A program made the translations under genes and the position numbers. The notes below the pieces were generated by a model that saw only the letters and a program-made list of their open reading frames with translations, searched no databases and had not been told where the DNA came from. A DNA stretch of 64,000 nt from Lama glama (lineage: Eukaryota). The stretch spans positions 36,272,001 through 36,336,000 of the forward strand of contig CM052817.1 in NCBI GenBank assembly GCA_028534125.1, read 5' to 3'. Position 1 is the stretch's first letter, and every line of letters begins with the position of its first letter. Of the stretch, positions 26,230-39,072 are shown piece after piece.

Positions 26230-27200
26230 GTCTCTTTTCACAGTATCATTTATTCAAAAATAATTACTGAAGGTGGCACTGCTACGTGCAATATACCATT
26301 CTAGGAACTGAGGATATAAAACAAAGCCCCGATCTTCATGGAGCATAAATAAATATGAGAGAGGGAGGAAGAGGAGATATGAATGAAGGTGCATGTAGGG
26401 CATCAGATAGGGATAAACTATGAAGAAAAACAAAGCAGGGACTAGAAATAAAGAGGTTCTGGGCAGAGGGTAAGAAATTCACAGGGTAGTAAAAGGGAGG
26501 TGGGAAATCCCATAAAAAAGACCGGCAGGACCCCAGGCAGGGCCACTACTCTCCTATCAGCACATCTGGTTGCTGGCCCAGCGGATTTATCTCACTTTTT
26601 GCCTCTGAACCGGCTAATTTCTATGCAAGTAGGCTCACTCCTGATTGGTCCATTTCCCTCACTCCTGACTGGTTATTTCTCCCCCCACCCGATTGGTCCA
26701 TTTCTACAAAGCCTGTTCCTAATTAGTCAACTTTTGTTATACTTTATTTGCATATGATGTTGCAAAGTGTAAACTGGCAGCCTATAAAAGCCTGTGTAAA
26801 CCTACAGACGGGGTCCAGAGCTTGGAGTGTTAACTCCTCTGGGCCCGCTGGCATAATAAACCTGAGTTCTCCAACTCTCCGAGTACTGCTTGGTCTCTCG
26901 CCTGGATCCAGGTTGCTGTCACAACACTGAGCTGTAACACGTTTTCCTGCAACAAAAGGAAAGGAGTGGGAAGAAGCAGGGAATCCAAGATGACTTTAAA
27001 GCTTTTGACCTGAAGAACAGAACTGCCTTTTACAAAAATGGAAGAACAGAGTGAGGAACAGGCTTAAGGGAGAGAATCAGTTTGACTTTCGATACGTTAA
27101 ATTTAAGATGCCAATTACACATCCAAGTGGAGATTTCAAGTGGAAATCAAGCCTGGGATTCAGTGAAGTTGAGGCTGGAAATACTGTGTGAATAAACATT
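26230..27200 (-). mobile_element. L2 fragment interrupted by an LTR
   Basis: Antisense L2 motifs on both sides of the LTR (cattctaggaactgaggata; gttaaatttaagatgccaattacacatccaagtggagat). Confidence 0.65.
26491..26954 (+). mobile_element. Solo ERV LTR (5' end unclear), antisense to HERC3
   Basis: U3-R-U5 layout: repeated ctcctgattggtccatttc units, ATTTGCAT at 26746-26753, TATAAAA at 26783-26789, AATAAA at 26855-26860, and a terminal ...aaCA at 26954. Confidence 0.8.
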
Positions 27201-27249
27201 ATAAAGATGGTACTTAGAGCTTTCTCCGTTATTATTTATTCAACCTATC

Positions 27250-28030
27250 CCCTAGAGGATGAGCAGTTTGTTACTTTGCCATTAAAAACACTGTTGCAAT
27301 AAGCATCCACAGAAATACTTCCTTATGCTATATGGTGCCATTTTCATTTGAGTAAGGGAGCTTCCTAAAAATGGAACTGCTGATTCAGAAGTTTGACCAT
27401 TTTAAATTTTACTAAAAACAGCCAGTTGATTTACAAAAAGACCACAGCAGTGCACACCTCCTCAATCAAGACATGACAGTACCCATTTTCCAATACCAGT
27501 GAGAAGAGGATAGTACTCTAAAATTTTTTTCCAATTAAATGGATGAAAAAATGGTATCTTGTTTTAATTAAAAATTCCCTGAGCATATTTTCATTTATTC
27601 ATTGGCCAGTGGCAAGCACTCTTCTATAGAATGTCCATTTTATTACAGAGTTGCTTATCTTTTTCTTATCAATTTGAAGCTGCTCTGATACATTAGAAAT
27701 ATGAAACCTCTACCTGGTAGTTTGCAGCAATTATTTCTCCCAGTCTATGACTCATCACTGGCTTCATTTATGCATGTCTTGTATCACAGAAAAAATTCTG
27801 TTTGTGCAAATTTGCCAATCATTTACTTTATGGCTTCTGGACCACCTGTCTCACGTTAGAAGCCCCAAGGTTTTAAATACATTCCCCTTTTTTCTGTAGT
27901 TTTACTTTGTACATTTGTGTGTTTATCTGGAAGTTACTTCTGAATATGGAGTGAGCTAGGGAGTCTAGGTGTGTTTGGAGGTGAACAGTCAATTACATCA
28001 ATGGCATTTATTAAGTAAACCATTCTTTCC
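27250..28030 (-). mobile_element. Ancient L1 (L1ME-like) fragment
   Basis: aaaatggtatcttgttttaatt...catattttcatttattcattggcc, an antisense L1 pattern. Confidence 0.6.
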
Positions 28031-28726
28031 GCGTAGTAAGTGCCTGCTATCATATGCCTGACTTACCTGTGCAGCCATGCAACCTTGACCAGAAAAAAAT
28101 TCTGCATAAAAGCCTAAGGAAAGTCAAAGTGCCCGAGTACTTTATATAAATATGCAAATTACACCGAGCAGTGACATATAAAATTGAGAGTCAAGAATGC
28201 ACTGAGGGAAGGGGAACAACAGTACAAGCGGAAGAAGCATGGCTTCCTCTTGACTTGGGGCTCTGGTCTCACCATTCAGAGCTAGAGACACGTATAGGTA
28301 CTTAAACTAAATCCTTAAGAAAAGTCTTTGCTTCCCTCCAGTCTCTCCTGTCACAAAGCTTTCACTGGTTGCTTCCATCCACATGCACTAAAGCCTGAGG
28401 CTACCCCGGGTCCTAAGAAGGTCTCTAGACAGCTTTGTTTGGCCACAAGAGATGTGTCTTCTCATCACTGCCAAAATTAAAGGTTCATTTAAACTGTGGA
28501 CAAACTTGAAATAGTGTTAGTGCCCCAAAATATCTAAGTCAAGGTAGTAAAATGGTATTCATAAAGTGATTTAACAAAGGGATGGCTTTAAGGAGATGGA
28601 GTAAGAATTCGATTTTTCTCAAGCTCATAAAATGCTAAGGAAAAGAAATTCTGTAAGTCAGGGGTCCTGCCCAACCCTGGGTAAAAGGTACCGGCCCTCT
28701 CCCCCAACTCAGCCTATGTCTGGTGA

Positions 28727-28739
28727 TGTGTGTGTGTGT

Positions 28740-28771
<32 letters not shown>

Positions 28772-28802
28772 CAGAGACAGAGACAGAGAGAGAGAGAGAG
28801 AG
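28727..28802. repeat. Compound microsatellite (TG)7-(AG)n-(AGAGAC)6-(AG)9
   Basis: Read directly. Confidence 0.95.
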
Positions 28803-31074
28803 GGAGGCAGGCAGATGGAGAAAAGGGGTGGGGAGAGAGAAATACCGCTCCCCTTCCCACTCCTAATCACATTTTGTCAGTTTAGATATATAAAAAGCAG
28901 CTATTTACAAAACCTGTATAAAACCTAAAGATGAATTCCCCACCCTGTGAGATACCTTCTGATGAATGAGAATAGTAAAAAAAAAAGGCGACAGGTATCC
29001 AGGTAATCTGAATTATACCCTCAGTGACCAGCGGGAGAGCACGAAATAGTTAGAATGATTACATACTGTTCATCACTAGCATCTCTACACTGTAGAGACT
29101 AAAGGCAAAGCGTTTCTACCTCGAACGCTGCTTTCAGTGAAGAATGAAAAACAGAAGGATGGGTAAAACATGGGCTCACATCATAAGGATATCACAGAAA
29201 CTTCCAACTCCTCATTCATGACTAGCTGGTTTGAGGGCTCCTGTCACATGCCCCCTCAGAGTAAATAAAAACACTCCGCATTACTTAAGCCTTCTTTCCC
29301 TCATGCGAAGGGGACAGAGTGTTCAACTTGTGCCTCCCAGTGAGCTCAGAGTGAGTGCCATTCTTCATTCTTCCAACTTGCCCTTCTCTCCTCGTTACCA
29401 ACATTCTTGCTTTCAGGTGGGCCTAGACCACCTGCCTCCACTTCCAAGAAGGAAGCCAGACGACTTGCTGCCTAAGGGCATAAGGGCCCCACCCCCATAC
29501 ACGCCCTATTTTGACCTGGTACCTAAACAGCCTCGGACCACGGGCAGAATGTCGAACTCACTATCTCAGTCAGCACAATCTATTTTCCCATGATCAGTAC
29601 TCTCCGTACAGCAAGAGGCCAATTCCAAACCAATAAATAAAAGATTGCTTTCACATGATAAAGTACACAACTCTAGCTGAAGTGGGAAACAGGTTTTTTC
29701 AATTGGTAGGGACTCTCCGCAAGCTAATGACCTTGAAACAAGGGAAGAGCCTTATAACACTCTTCTTCACAGAAAGAACAACTCCCCAAAAAAAGTTAAC
29801 AGGCTGAGATGAGACGCTATTGTGACTAGACCGCATAGAAAGTTCTCAGACACTCACAGATTTTTAATGAGGTAAATCATATTCCTTTTGAGAGTATCTG
29901 AGTCCACTGCACATGTTTCCATTTTAACAGCTGACAGCAGCAAAGGAGAAAAATATCACAAGGGAGAAAATAACACTTTCAATATAATGGGACAATTCTC
30001 ACGTCCAAAAAAAAGCACCACAGAGTGGCAGAGCTGACCCTTGTTGGTAAAGCACTTGAGGGACAAATGCAGGCATTAAACGGGGCCCAGCAAATCTTAC
30101 AACCACATCAGTGGGCTGGAGATTTGGCAGGAAGGATGAATCTTCGCATTACTACGAAACTCCACTCCCATCCATCCATCACTGATTCATACCTAAACTC
30201 ATACCCATACATTCTGCCAAACAAATAAATCATCACTGGAAGACATGTACAGTCATATCAACAGACATTCATACTCACCTGGAAATTTACTTATTGCCAA
30301 GAAAGGTGCAGTAGGGGGGATGGGAGGCATCCTAAAGTGTGTACATTAAAGTCTGTTTCATTTCGTGATTTTTATTAGTTTGACAATTAAATGAGGAAGG
30401 ATCACTAATATATGAATGCCTGCTTCTTGGACCAGGTGATACTACTTGTTAAAGAAAATGTTCTCAGACCACTTTCAAAATCTTTGCCATCTTTCTAAAA
30501 ATGGATAAAATTGGTAAGGTTTACTGAGCTGAAGTGGCTGAGTCTACTAAAGCTCCCATTGGAGTTGTTCTGCTGTGTGGCACCAAATCCACTTTTAGTT
30601 CTGTGAAGCCTAATAAATGGAAATCTTTACCAGTCAAGTCACTCTTTTATCCTTCATCCTTAAAATCCAACGATTTTCTTTAAACACAGATCACTCTAAT
30701 CTTTGCCGAGCCCGCAGCAATGTCCCAGGGCTCATACAGAACATGGCAAATTAACAAAATAATAAAACCCACAAGACATTTTATTTAACACATTTCCTAC
30801 ACTATGTGCCTACCACATTATGCTTATCACTAAGATATAAAGGTAAGATAGTAACTCTTAAGAAATACACTATTCCACATCATATATCATATAATAAACA
30901 CTACAGAGAATGCATTGCCTCATGACGACAACCATTAGTTTTGTTCTAAAAGCAGATGCGAAGGTGTTTACTTCGTAAAAGGAACTACTGAGCATAATAT
31001 GGAGCAAAATACAGACTCGTGGTTTCACTTTAGGGTGTCAAAGACACAAGTTTGCACACAGTATGAAATCAGAC

Positions 31075-31629
31075 ACCATGCATTGCTTGCCAGTCAGCCA
31101 TCTCATCACCCACTCCTTCCTTGCACCAGAATCCTCAGGGCCGCTGGGCCCCTCCTGAGGCCCAGGAGATAAGTCCTGACTATGCCAATCAGATGACTCT
31201 TATTTCACTAATCAGGCATGCCAGTGACTGGTCTAGGGTAGGCATGTAACCCAGGCCTGGCCAATGAGAGTAAAGAAGATGTTAGGAGTTCCTGGAAAAG
31301 ATCTGCCCCATTTTGAAAGGTGATGCAAGTAACTCCCCTTCCTGTTTGCCTTTGAACACAGTGAAGATGTGATGCCTGGAGCTGCGGCAGGCACTTGGTG
31401 ACCATGAGGGGACAAGCCCAAGGAAGAAAGTCAACAAACTGAAGATGGCAGAATAGAAAGACGGGAAGCACCCAGGTACTTGACGGTGTCAGTATGCCCT
31501 TGACTTAACCAATCCTAGAAACATCTCTCTATGGACTTTCAATGTGAGATCAGATATTTTACTTGTTGTTCATGCCACATTTAGTTTAGTATTCTGTTAC
31601 TTGCAGCTGAAAGCATCCTGACTTATACA
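31075..31629 (+). mobile_element. MaLR LTR (MLT1J-like)
   Basis: gatgtgatgcctggagctgcggcaggcacttggtgaccatgagggg, with a 3' end ttctgttacttgcagctgaaagcatcctgacttataca. Confidence 0.75.
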
Positions 31630-32394
31630 GGCCCATTAAAAAAAAAAAAAAGATCAGACAGGTTCAGATTCCAAAATGATCTCTTCTTAGACAAGTGCAG
31701 AATGCAGGAAGGAGACCACTTACCTTCTTTCAGGTCACGTATATCCCTGTCCAAAGATCCACCCCCATCAAAGCTAAATGGAAGCCTAAAGTAACTGCCC
31801 ATAGAGCTCAGTGGTGCTCAAGCATCAATGGATTGCTGTCTAATTTCGAACCTGTGGCGAGATCAAGTCACCTGGCCAACTGTTGCCAAATCTTCTAGGA
31901 GCATCACAAAATAGCCCTTTGTGTGCCATAACATCCCCAGCGGCCTCATTTGCTTCCCTTATCTTTGCAATTTTGGACCAGAATGCTGAGGCAGTGTTAA
32001 CCACGGTGTTGAGGTAAGATAAATGTATGCATGTCCATATATGGATGATCCATTTTTACAGAGTTCCCAATATATGCAAGGTACTTTTCTTGGGACCAAT
32101 AAGGTAAAGGACCAAAAAACAGAAGACAGACGGTCCTCTAAAATTCAAAATATAAAAATAAGCATAATGTGTGAAGTCTCTCTTAACGACCCTAGCCTAC
32201 ATCATCTCCCTCCCCTGGAGGTATATACCACTCATCAGATCCTGCAGCGTTAAGGGAACCTATAAAGATGATTAACGCAATTATTTATATATGTATAAAT
32301 ACAATATATATGTAATGAATTTATCTATTTGTTAATATGCTGGAATAGAATAAAAAGTTGTAATGGAAGGTGTTAAGACAAATTACTACTACCA

Positions 32395-32660
32395 CTACTA
32401 GTAACAGCAGCTAGCACTAATTTAGTGCTTACTTTGGGCCAGGCATTATTCCAAACACCCGACATACAACTTTCTAAATCCTCAAACAACCCTAACAGGT
32501 AGATATTAACATTATCCACATTTTACAATTAAGAGAACTGACATACAGAGAGGTTAAGCAACTTTCCCAGAGTCACACAGCCAGTGAGTGGCAGAGCCAG
32601 GATTCCAAACTATAAGTCTGGCTCCAGAGTCCATGCTCTTATTCACTGCACTGCCTGCAT
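32395..32660 (-). mobile_element. MIR SINE
   Basis: Core cattttacaattaagagaactgacatacagagaggttaagcaactttcccagagtcacacagccagtgagtggcagagccaggatt. Further MIR-like pieces lie near 5150, 6330, 11470, 24970, 40650, 43450, 44890, 47540, 48320 and 62830. Confidence 0.8.
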
Positions 32661-34446
32661 AATTAGCTAACACTCTAAATTAAAATCATTTACAATAACG
32701 ATTTCAGTTGCTATGAGTTATTTAATAACTTCATAAAATAGAAACTGCAAAACATGTCTGAATAGTGAGAGAAGAAAATGATTTGAAGCCTGAAAGGATA
32801 TGAGACTGTATCTGTTGGAGAGTTACCCCATATCTCAACATTACATGCTGTCGAAGGGTGTGTACTCAGAAAGACAAACATTCCCGTAGCTCCTGAATCA
32901 CTATGAAGTAGCAGCTGACTACACATACCCCATTCAGACTGATAAATTTAGAAACACTTTACTTATCCTAGACCTGTCGAGATCACAGATCACCAAGCTA
33001 GACAAGAGTTCATCAAAGCCACCAAACAATGAAATTCAGACTGCAACACAAAAATTCAAGGGTGGACTTACTAAAATCATGGAACATCCCTGCAGCACTG
33101 ACATCATCACCAAAGCTGCCCCTTCTCTGAACTTCTAGAGTTCACTCCTCCTGCAAGCTCACAAACTTAAGATAAACTTAGAACTTTATATGTATGTGGG
33201 TGGAAAAGATGACATTCTGAGAAATCAGAAGTCAGCATTGTTGGTGAGCTGACATAGACCTAACTCTTCATTTTAATCCTCATTCTGACACACTTAGGAC
33301 CTTTATCACTTGCTGGGCACATGGCGAACGGCATTATGTAACCTTCACAGGAATGCGCCTTATTCCCACCAAGCCCATAAACTCCCAAAGGGTAGCTCTG
33401 TGCTAAACATGTGGTGTTCTGACAGCATCTAGAACAAATGAGGAAGCCAGTAGTCTAATCACTTCGTAAATATCTGCTGAATCAATCACTGAATAAGACG
33501 CAAATAATTCAAGGAAATAAAGGAACAACAAGAGTAAATTGCGAGGCAAAATGTATCCGCCCGAGATGTGAATTATCATGTGTTCCTTCTCCCCAGATTA
33601 TCCGGCACTCTAAGGAGCATAAAAGAACAGGCTGACAAACAGTCATCTAATGATTTTAAAGAGGAAAGAGAATTGTCTCTCTGTACTTTTAATCAAAGCA
33701 CTTCAATCATATGTGGTCTTTAACAGGTAAATTAAAGAATACAAGCTACTTGGAGGCCACGTTTACATCTTTTTTGTTTCTTTTATAAGGACTAAGTGGA
33801 AATTAAATGTAAACAAAAAAACAGCTTGAAAATAAAACTCTATTGAGCTTTCCCAATCAGCCTGAAGTTAAAAAGATGTCTGTGGACAAAATTCTAAGAT
33901 TCTTAAAACCAAACTGTCTGTCAGTACCCAAGTAAGACTCAAACTCAACTTTCTTTCCTCTTCTCCTTTACATATATCTGGGATAATAATTCTGACCTAC
34001 TTTAACAGGACTATCATGAGGATTAATCAGCTTTAAAAATGCTAAGCACATCAAGATGAAGAGAGCTTGTAATATATATAGTTAACCACTTTTACAATTA
34101 ACAAATGAACTGAGACCCTTGTATCACAATGCAAACCACTGTGTTAATTACTTACAAGTAAACTGCAAATTTTTAAAAACAAAAACATCTCACAGTGAAG
34201 AACATGCTCACTAATAAGGATATATTTTCTAAAACATTCAAATGTCTTTAAAGAAAGTAGGCTGAGTACTATAGACAGAAAAAAGTAACTTTCAATTAGC
34301 CATACCAGAAAATAAAATTATTAAATGGCATTTGCTCCGGATCCCTAGGCCTCTGGACCGGAAAGCTGTCCACTGAGCTATCAAAGCAACAACACACCCC
34401 ATGGGGTCTGATTACTGTCATCATCGTCATCAGAAAGGGCTGTGCC

Positions 34447-34592
34447 GGAGGGGAGGCCATAGCTCAGTGGTGGAGTGTGTACTTAGCACGCACGAGGTCC
34501 TGGGTTCAATCCCCAGTACCTTGATTTAAAAAAAAAATCTAATAAATAAACCTAATTATCTCCCTCTCCCTGAAAAAAAAAAAGAAAAAAAA
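34447..34592 (+). mobile_element. tRNA-derived SINE (vic-1-like)
   Basis: ggggaggccatagctcagtggtggagtgtgtacttagcacgcacgaggtcctgggttcaatccccagtacc plus tail. Confidence 0.88.
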
Positions 34593-37500
34593 GCCGTGCA
34601 GCCTCCCTAATGAGGAAGGGATGGGCCCCTAACAAGTGCGATGTTGACATCTGAGCATTGGCTTTGGCACCTTCTGCCTCTTATATCAGAGTTACGGCCA
34701 TGGAAACATGCACCTCAAAGTGAGGAATTTATTACAGCATTTCTTCCCTTTCCTTCAGCTCAGCTAGTCTGCTTTTCGGCAAAAGCTGATTAACATGGCA
34801 GAGTTACTGTGTCCTTCAGATGCCCGAGAACAACCTGATAAGCTAGTTGAGAGTGTTTCTTCTACCAGGGTTAGCAGCATCCACAGCCCTGGGAATTGAG
34901 GCTTTTGAGGTGTTCCGCTTTATAAACCTCATTTATCAAGCGGCGGGAGAGCTGTTATATATGGTGATGGGCATTACGAAAATGCCTAGATTGAATACAA
35001 AGTGTGAATGTGAATTGGGTTAAATTACCTGCAAAAAAGCGAGAAACTAACTCAGGAGGAGGTAAAAAGAACCAACCACAGATATGAATCAAACAGCGTG
35101 GCACAGAAATGTTAAAAGTCTGTTTATAAACGGTTACCTGTGGCGTTTGCTATGGAAAGGTTTCCTGGGATGTCCATGCAGAATGTTTAAAATTTAACAT
35201 AGTCAAATGAGATTAAGTAATTGCACCTACCACAGTTCTCGCCTATTCAAGACAGGAAGAAAGGTTAGAGGAGGTTTACATAAATTCAGACATCCCTGAT
35301 AACACAAGGATTAGCTGATGCTAAAATCCCAATATAGGGAGTCAGAGTATGTATGGGAAAAGGAAAGCAGTCCGTACAGCTGAAGAGTAGTGTTGACACT
35401 GAGGATGGGTAGGAGTAATAAGCAAAGCATGGTAAACTGAGGTAAAATTATTGAATGTTTTTCTATGGGTGACCAGTTTCTATTTTAATTTAATAAAATA
35501 TTTCAAGATTTGATTAACGTTCAGTTATAGATTTATCAGTAATTTTTTAAAAAGCATCATTTAGAAGAAAACTTGTTTTGTTTGCTGGCTTTATTTAAAA
35601 AGAAAAAAAAAACAAGGAGGCACACCCATCTTCCTGTAATGCAGCTCTGTAACCGTACGTCTTGGGAAATTGTGAGATGACATCATGGGCCAAGACATGA
35701 GGAAATTAGTAATGATCCTAGATTGTCCTAAGCACTGAAACTATCCCTGATCTAGGGGAGGAGACAAGGTTGATACCACAACGTGAGGGCGAAAATGAAG
35801 GAGAAAAAAGTCCTCTGGGAAAGGAGTATGCACAACAGTAATAATCCAACACTTTTTTTTAAAAAAAAGCTAGACATTGAGTTTAGAAAGGGCTCTGATA
35901 TTCTGCCCACTAAAAATGCTTCTGGGAATCACAGGCCTCTTTGCCTTTGGCTGAAGCCCAAATGTATGAGTCATGGACACACCTAAGCTAGAACCCTAAG
36001 CTGCTTGACACACTGGGAAAACATCAGGGCCAGCACAACCAGGAGTTTCAGTACCTGCTGTGCCCTCAAAACACCCTTTCCGAGCCACACAGAGACAGGC
36101 ACAACATTGGTCACATAAGGGCAGCGTGGAGAAGCAGAGAAGTCAGAGTCCAAGGAAGGCACAGCAGCCTCAGAAGCCGCAAAAGCAACAGGAAACTATT
36201 AGGTGATCTCAAGGAGGAAAAAACTAAACCCGTTAAATCACTGTGAAGGGCTTTATACCACTGCTCTGTGGCAAGTACAGGATTCCTCCCGAAAAAAAAA
36301 AAAAAAAAAGAATTCAAGCACCTTGTAGCTGTTAGAGACAAAGTATAGAAACTGACATTTCACAGCCAGCTGGCCAGACTCAAGGCACAAGTTCAAACTG
36401 AAGAGTTTGGTCCTGGCACATCCCCAACGTCACCACCTTCTCCCACCTTTCCTACCCATCACTTTTTTTAATCCTCCATCCCGTGAAATCCTTTGGCCTG
36501 GGCAATGATGTTGACCTGGAATCAAAGACCTGACCACTGCCCCCAGAGCAGGCTCCCTTCTAGCGAGCTCCCTCCCCCGAGACCGCAGGGTTCCCTGGGG
36601 ATGGCGTTCCGGGGGACCAGGGCAGCACAGACCGCCCAACACAGGGTCCCTCTGTCACTGGCTTCCCCTGTGTGCCTAGCAGCACTCCAGGTCACAGTTC
36701 TCAGTAAACACACACACAACACAAGCTCATTCTCTTTTTCCCACTGATTAAAAATAAATCCAGTGGTACCCAGACTTAGAACACACCTACCAATGAAAAA
36801 ATTAAAGAGAGCGAGGCACCCACCCACATAATCTTTGCATTCAAAGAGGCACTATTTCGCAGCTGCTATGGAGTTTATAATTAACAGACGAACTTAACCA
36901 GCAACAGAAATTTCTGGAATCCATTGTAATTTACACTAGAGTCTTGCTTATTCCAAATATAGATTACAAGCATGGGCTGGATTCCGTGGTTGAATCTGAA
37001 AGCCTTCTTGGCACACCTCTAGCTCCAGTCTCTTGCAATCACGCAGCTCTGCCTACAGGGAGCGGCTGCAGGCTGGCCGTGTGTGGGCAGAAGCCGACTG
37101 ACTGCTTCGCCACTGCTCACTCACTCCCAGGGGGCCCAGGAACCGCCCAGCGCCAGCTCCCCCAGCGCTGTGGCAGGAGGCTCCCTGGGAGAATGTCAGA
37201 TTACACTCAGATGCATCCACTGTGGTGCCATCCACAGATCCTCGCTATCGCTGGCCTGTAAGGTTTTATTTCCTTTTCACCTGTCCACCCCAGGTGGAAT
37301 CCTCTCACCCCAGGGTCCAGGACGAAGGTGCACAGTGGGACATGGCAGGAGGCTGTCTGACAGAAGGCGGAGTCACAGAGAAGACAGGACCGGGGTGGGG
37401 GGGGGGTGGAGGATGGCGGCCTTTGCAGGCTACAGGTAACTTTGTGGAGACCTCTTTACCATTTGAATCTACTTCATCAAGAGCTACAGGTCAGTGAGAA

Positions 37501-38822
37501 GGCTTCTTTTACAGGAAAGGAACGGAGGCCCAGAAATACAGAGTCAGAGACAGGTAACATCTCCACTAGGTCTGTCTGACTCCAGAGCTCACCCTGCCAT
37601 GTTGTCTCTGCAGGAGTACCAGACAGATCTCCTCCTCGTCCCCAAAACACTCCCTTCAAAGGCTGGCCAGGGTGGGTACAAGTCCTCCAAGGGTCACTGG
37701 TGAAATGTGGGCCTTAAGTGTCTCTTAAAGTGGATCTTAAACGTAGACATTCCCCCAGGAAGGAGCACACTGATGGGCTGGAACCTGCCAGCACCCCCCC
37801 GCAGGCGGCAGGTGTTAGATACCAGGGCTCACCTGCAGAAGCACAGCAAGCATGGGAGCGTCACGTAAGACAAGTGAGTTTTAACAGGAGGAGGAGAAAG
37901 AAGACCTTGTTTCCAATATGAAAATCATTTTTAAAAGCCAAAAACCTTCCTGCCACCCCATAACTACTATACTTGTGTATATTAATTGGTTAAACGCATG
38001 ATGATTAGGATTTACTAACTCAGTTTATAAACTGGTGGCACTGTTAATTGAATTTTTATTTTAGGATCTGCTTACATTTGAAAACAGGTGGTATCAGGTG
38101 CACTGTACATTTAAAGTTGCACATACGTATAGCCCATGCTACAAACCCCTTCCTTGAAATCCCCAAAGTCCAGGGCCCACAGGTTAGGAGCCCCTGGCTA
38201 GAATACTGGGTATTGCTCCAGGTAGGCAGGCCTGATGGGGTATCTTAGAGAGGCTCCAATGAGGAAACCTGGAGGCAAAGAATGGGGAAACAGCCCACAA
38301 ATCATACTTCACAATTTATCCTCAAGACCAGCCAGGCAGCCCTTTATCCAAGGGTCAATATAAAAATTAATAATTAAATATACAAAATTAATACTGCCGT
38401 TTGGGCAGGGAAACTATGGAACACAGCCACATGTTATGCGAGGGAACAAATATGAGAAAAGAGGCAGGCAGTCACAGGGGGGAAAAAAAACTCATCCTGG
38501 TACCAAATTGAGTTTCCTAAGTGAATATAAAACAGTAAAATCATCCAGAAAAAAAAAAAAACAGCAAGGCTCTTCTTTAATGAAGCTCCTATATCTTAAT
38601 TTGATTCAGACTGAACTAAAAAAGACAGTAACAAAGAAAGCAGCACGTGTCCACGCTAGTGTAACAAAATCTACACAGTCACAATTTCAGACCCGACCTC
38701 GTCACTTCTCACCAGAAGGAGAGCCTCCCTGAAAGATCACCAGTTGGTGAGGAAACCTTGGACCACCTCTCCTGGTCCTCAGCCTGTCTCACGTCTCATC
38801 AAGGCCAACAAGGTGCACTCAC

Positions 38823-39048
38823 CTGGCTTGTTTCCTTCCCTCTCATGGCCCAGCTGCCCCTTGGTGTTCAAACCACATGTGTAAACTTCCCCATCTTCCA
38901 GGAGGAACACGGAGTGGTTTCCTCCACAGGCCACCTCCTTGACGCTTCTGTCGGATATGAAGCCACACACCTGTGGCTCGGCCACAATCCCCTGCAGGTT
39001 GGTGCTGATCCCAGGTTGGCCCAGAGACCAATATCCCCAACATAACAT
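38823..39048 (-). CDS. HERC3: HERC3 first coding exon (226 nt CDS; exon extends to 39077 with 29 nt of 5'UTR)
   Basis: ATG at 39048 with A at -3. Encodes MLCWGYW...GQLGHEREGNKP. Acceptor ctctctag| at 39078/39077 and donor CAG|gtgagt at 38823/38822. Confidence 0.97.
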
Positions 39049-39060
39049 TGTTCTGGTCCT

Positions 39061-39072
39061 TCAGGGAGTCAT
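39061..39072 (-). promoter_or_regulatory. 3-codon uORF (ATG ACT CCC TGA, M-T-P-stop) in the HERC3 5'UTR
   Basis: Read directly. It lies in the spliced exon, in frame with the main ORF, and stops 12 nt before the main ATG. Confidence 0.7.

Noticed and set aside
28632..28928. ORF with an RD/RE dipeptide repeat
   Set aside because: Translation artefact of the AG/AGAGAC microsatellite.
31718..31726. Perfect minus-strand donor AAG|GTAAGT deep in the large intron
   Set aside because: I found no convincing polypyrimidine tract or acceptor at exon distance, and isolated consensus donors occur by chance in 30 kb.
36400..37920. Cluster of 60-118 aa ORFs in a moderately GC-rich intronic stretch
   Set aside because: No recognisable homology, splice structure, or poly(A)/TSD of a retrocopy. 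It may be regulatory DNA, but there is no specific support.
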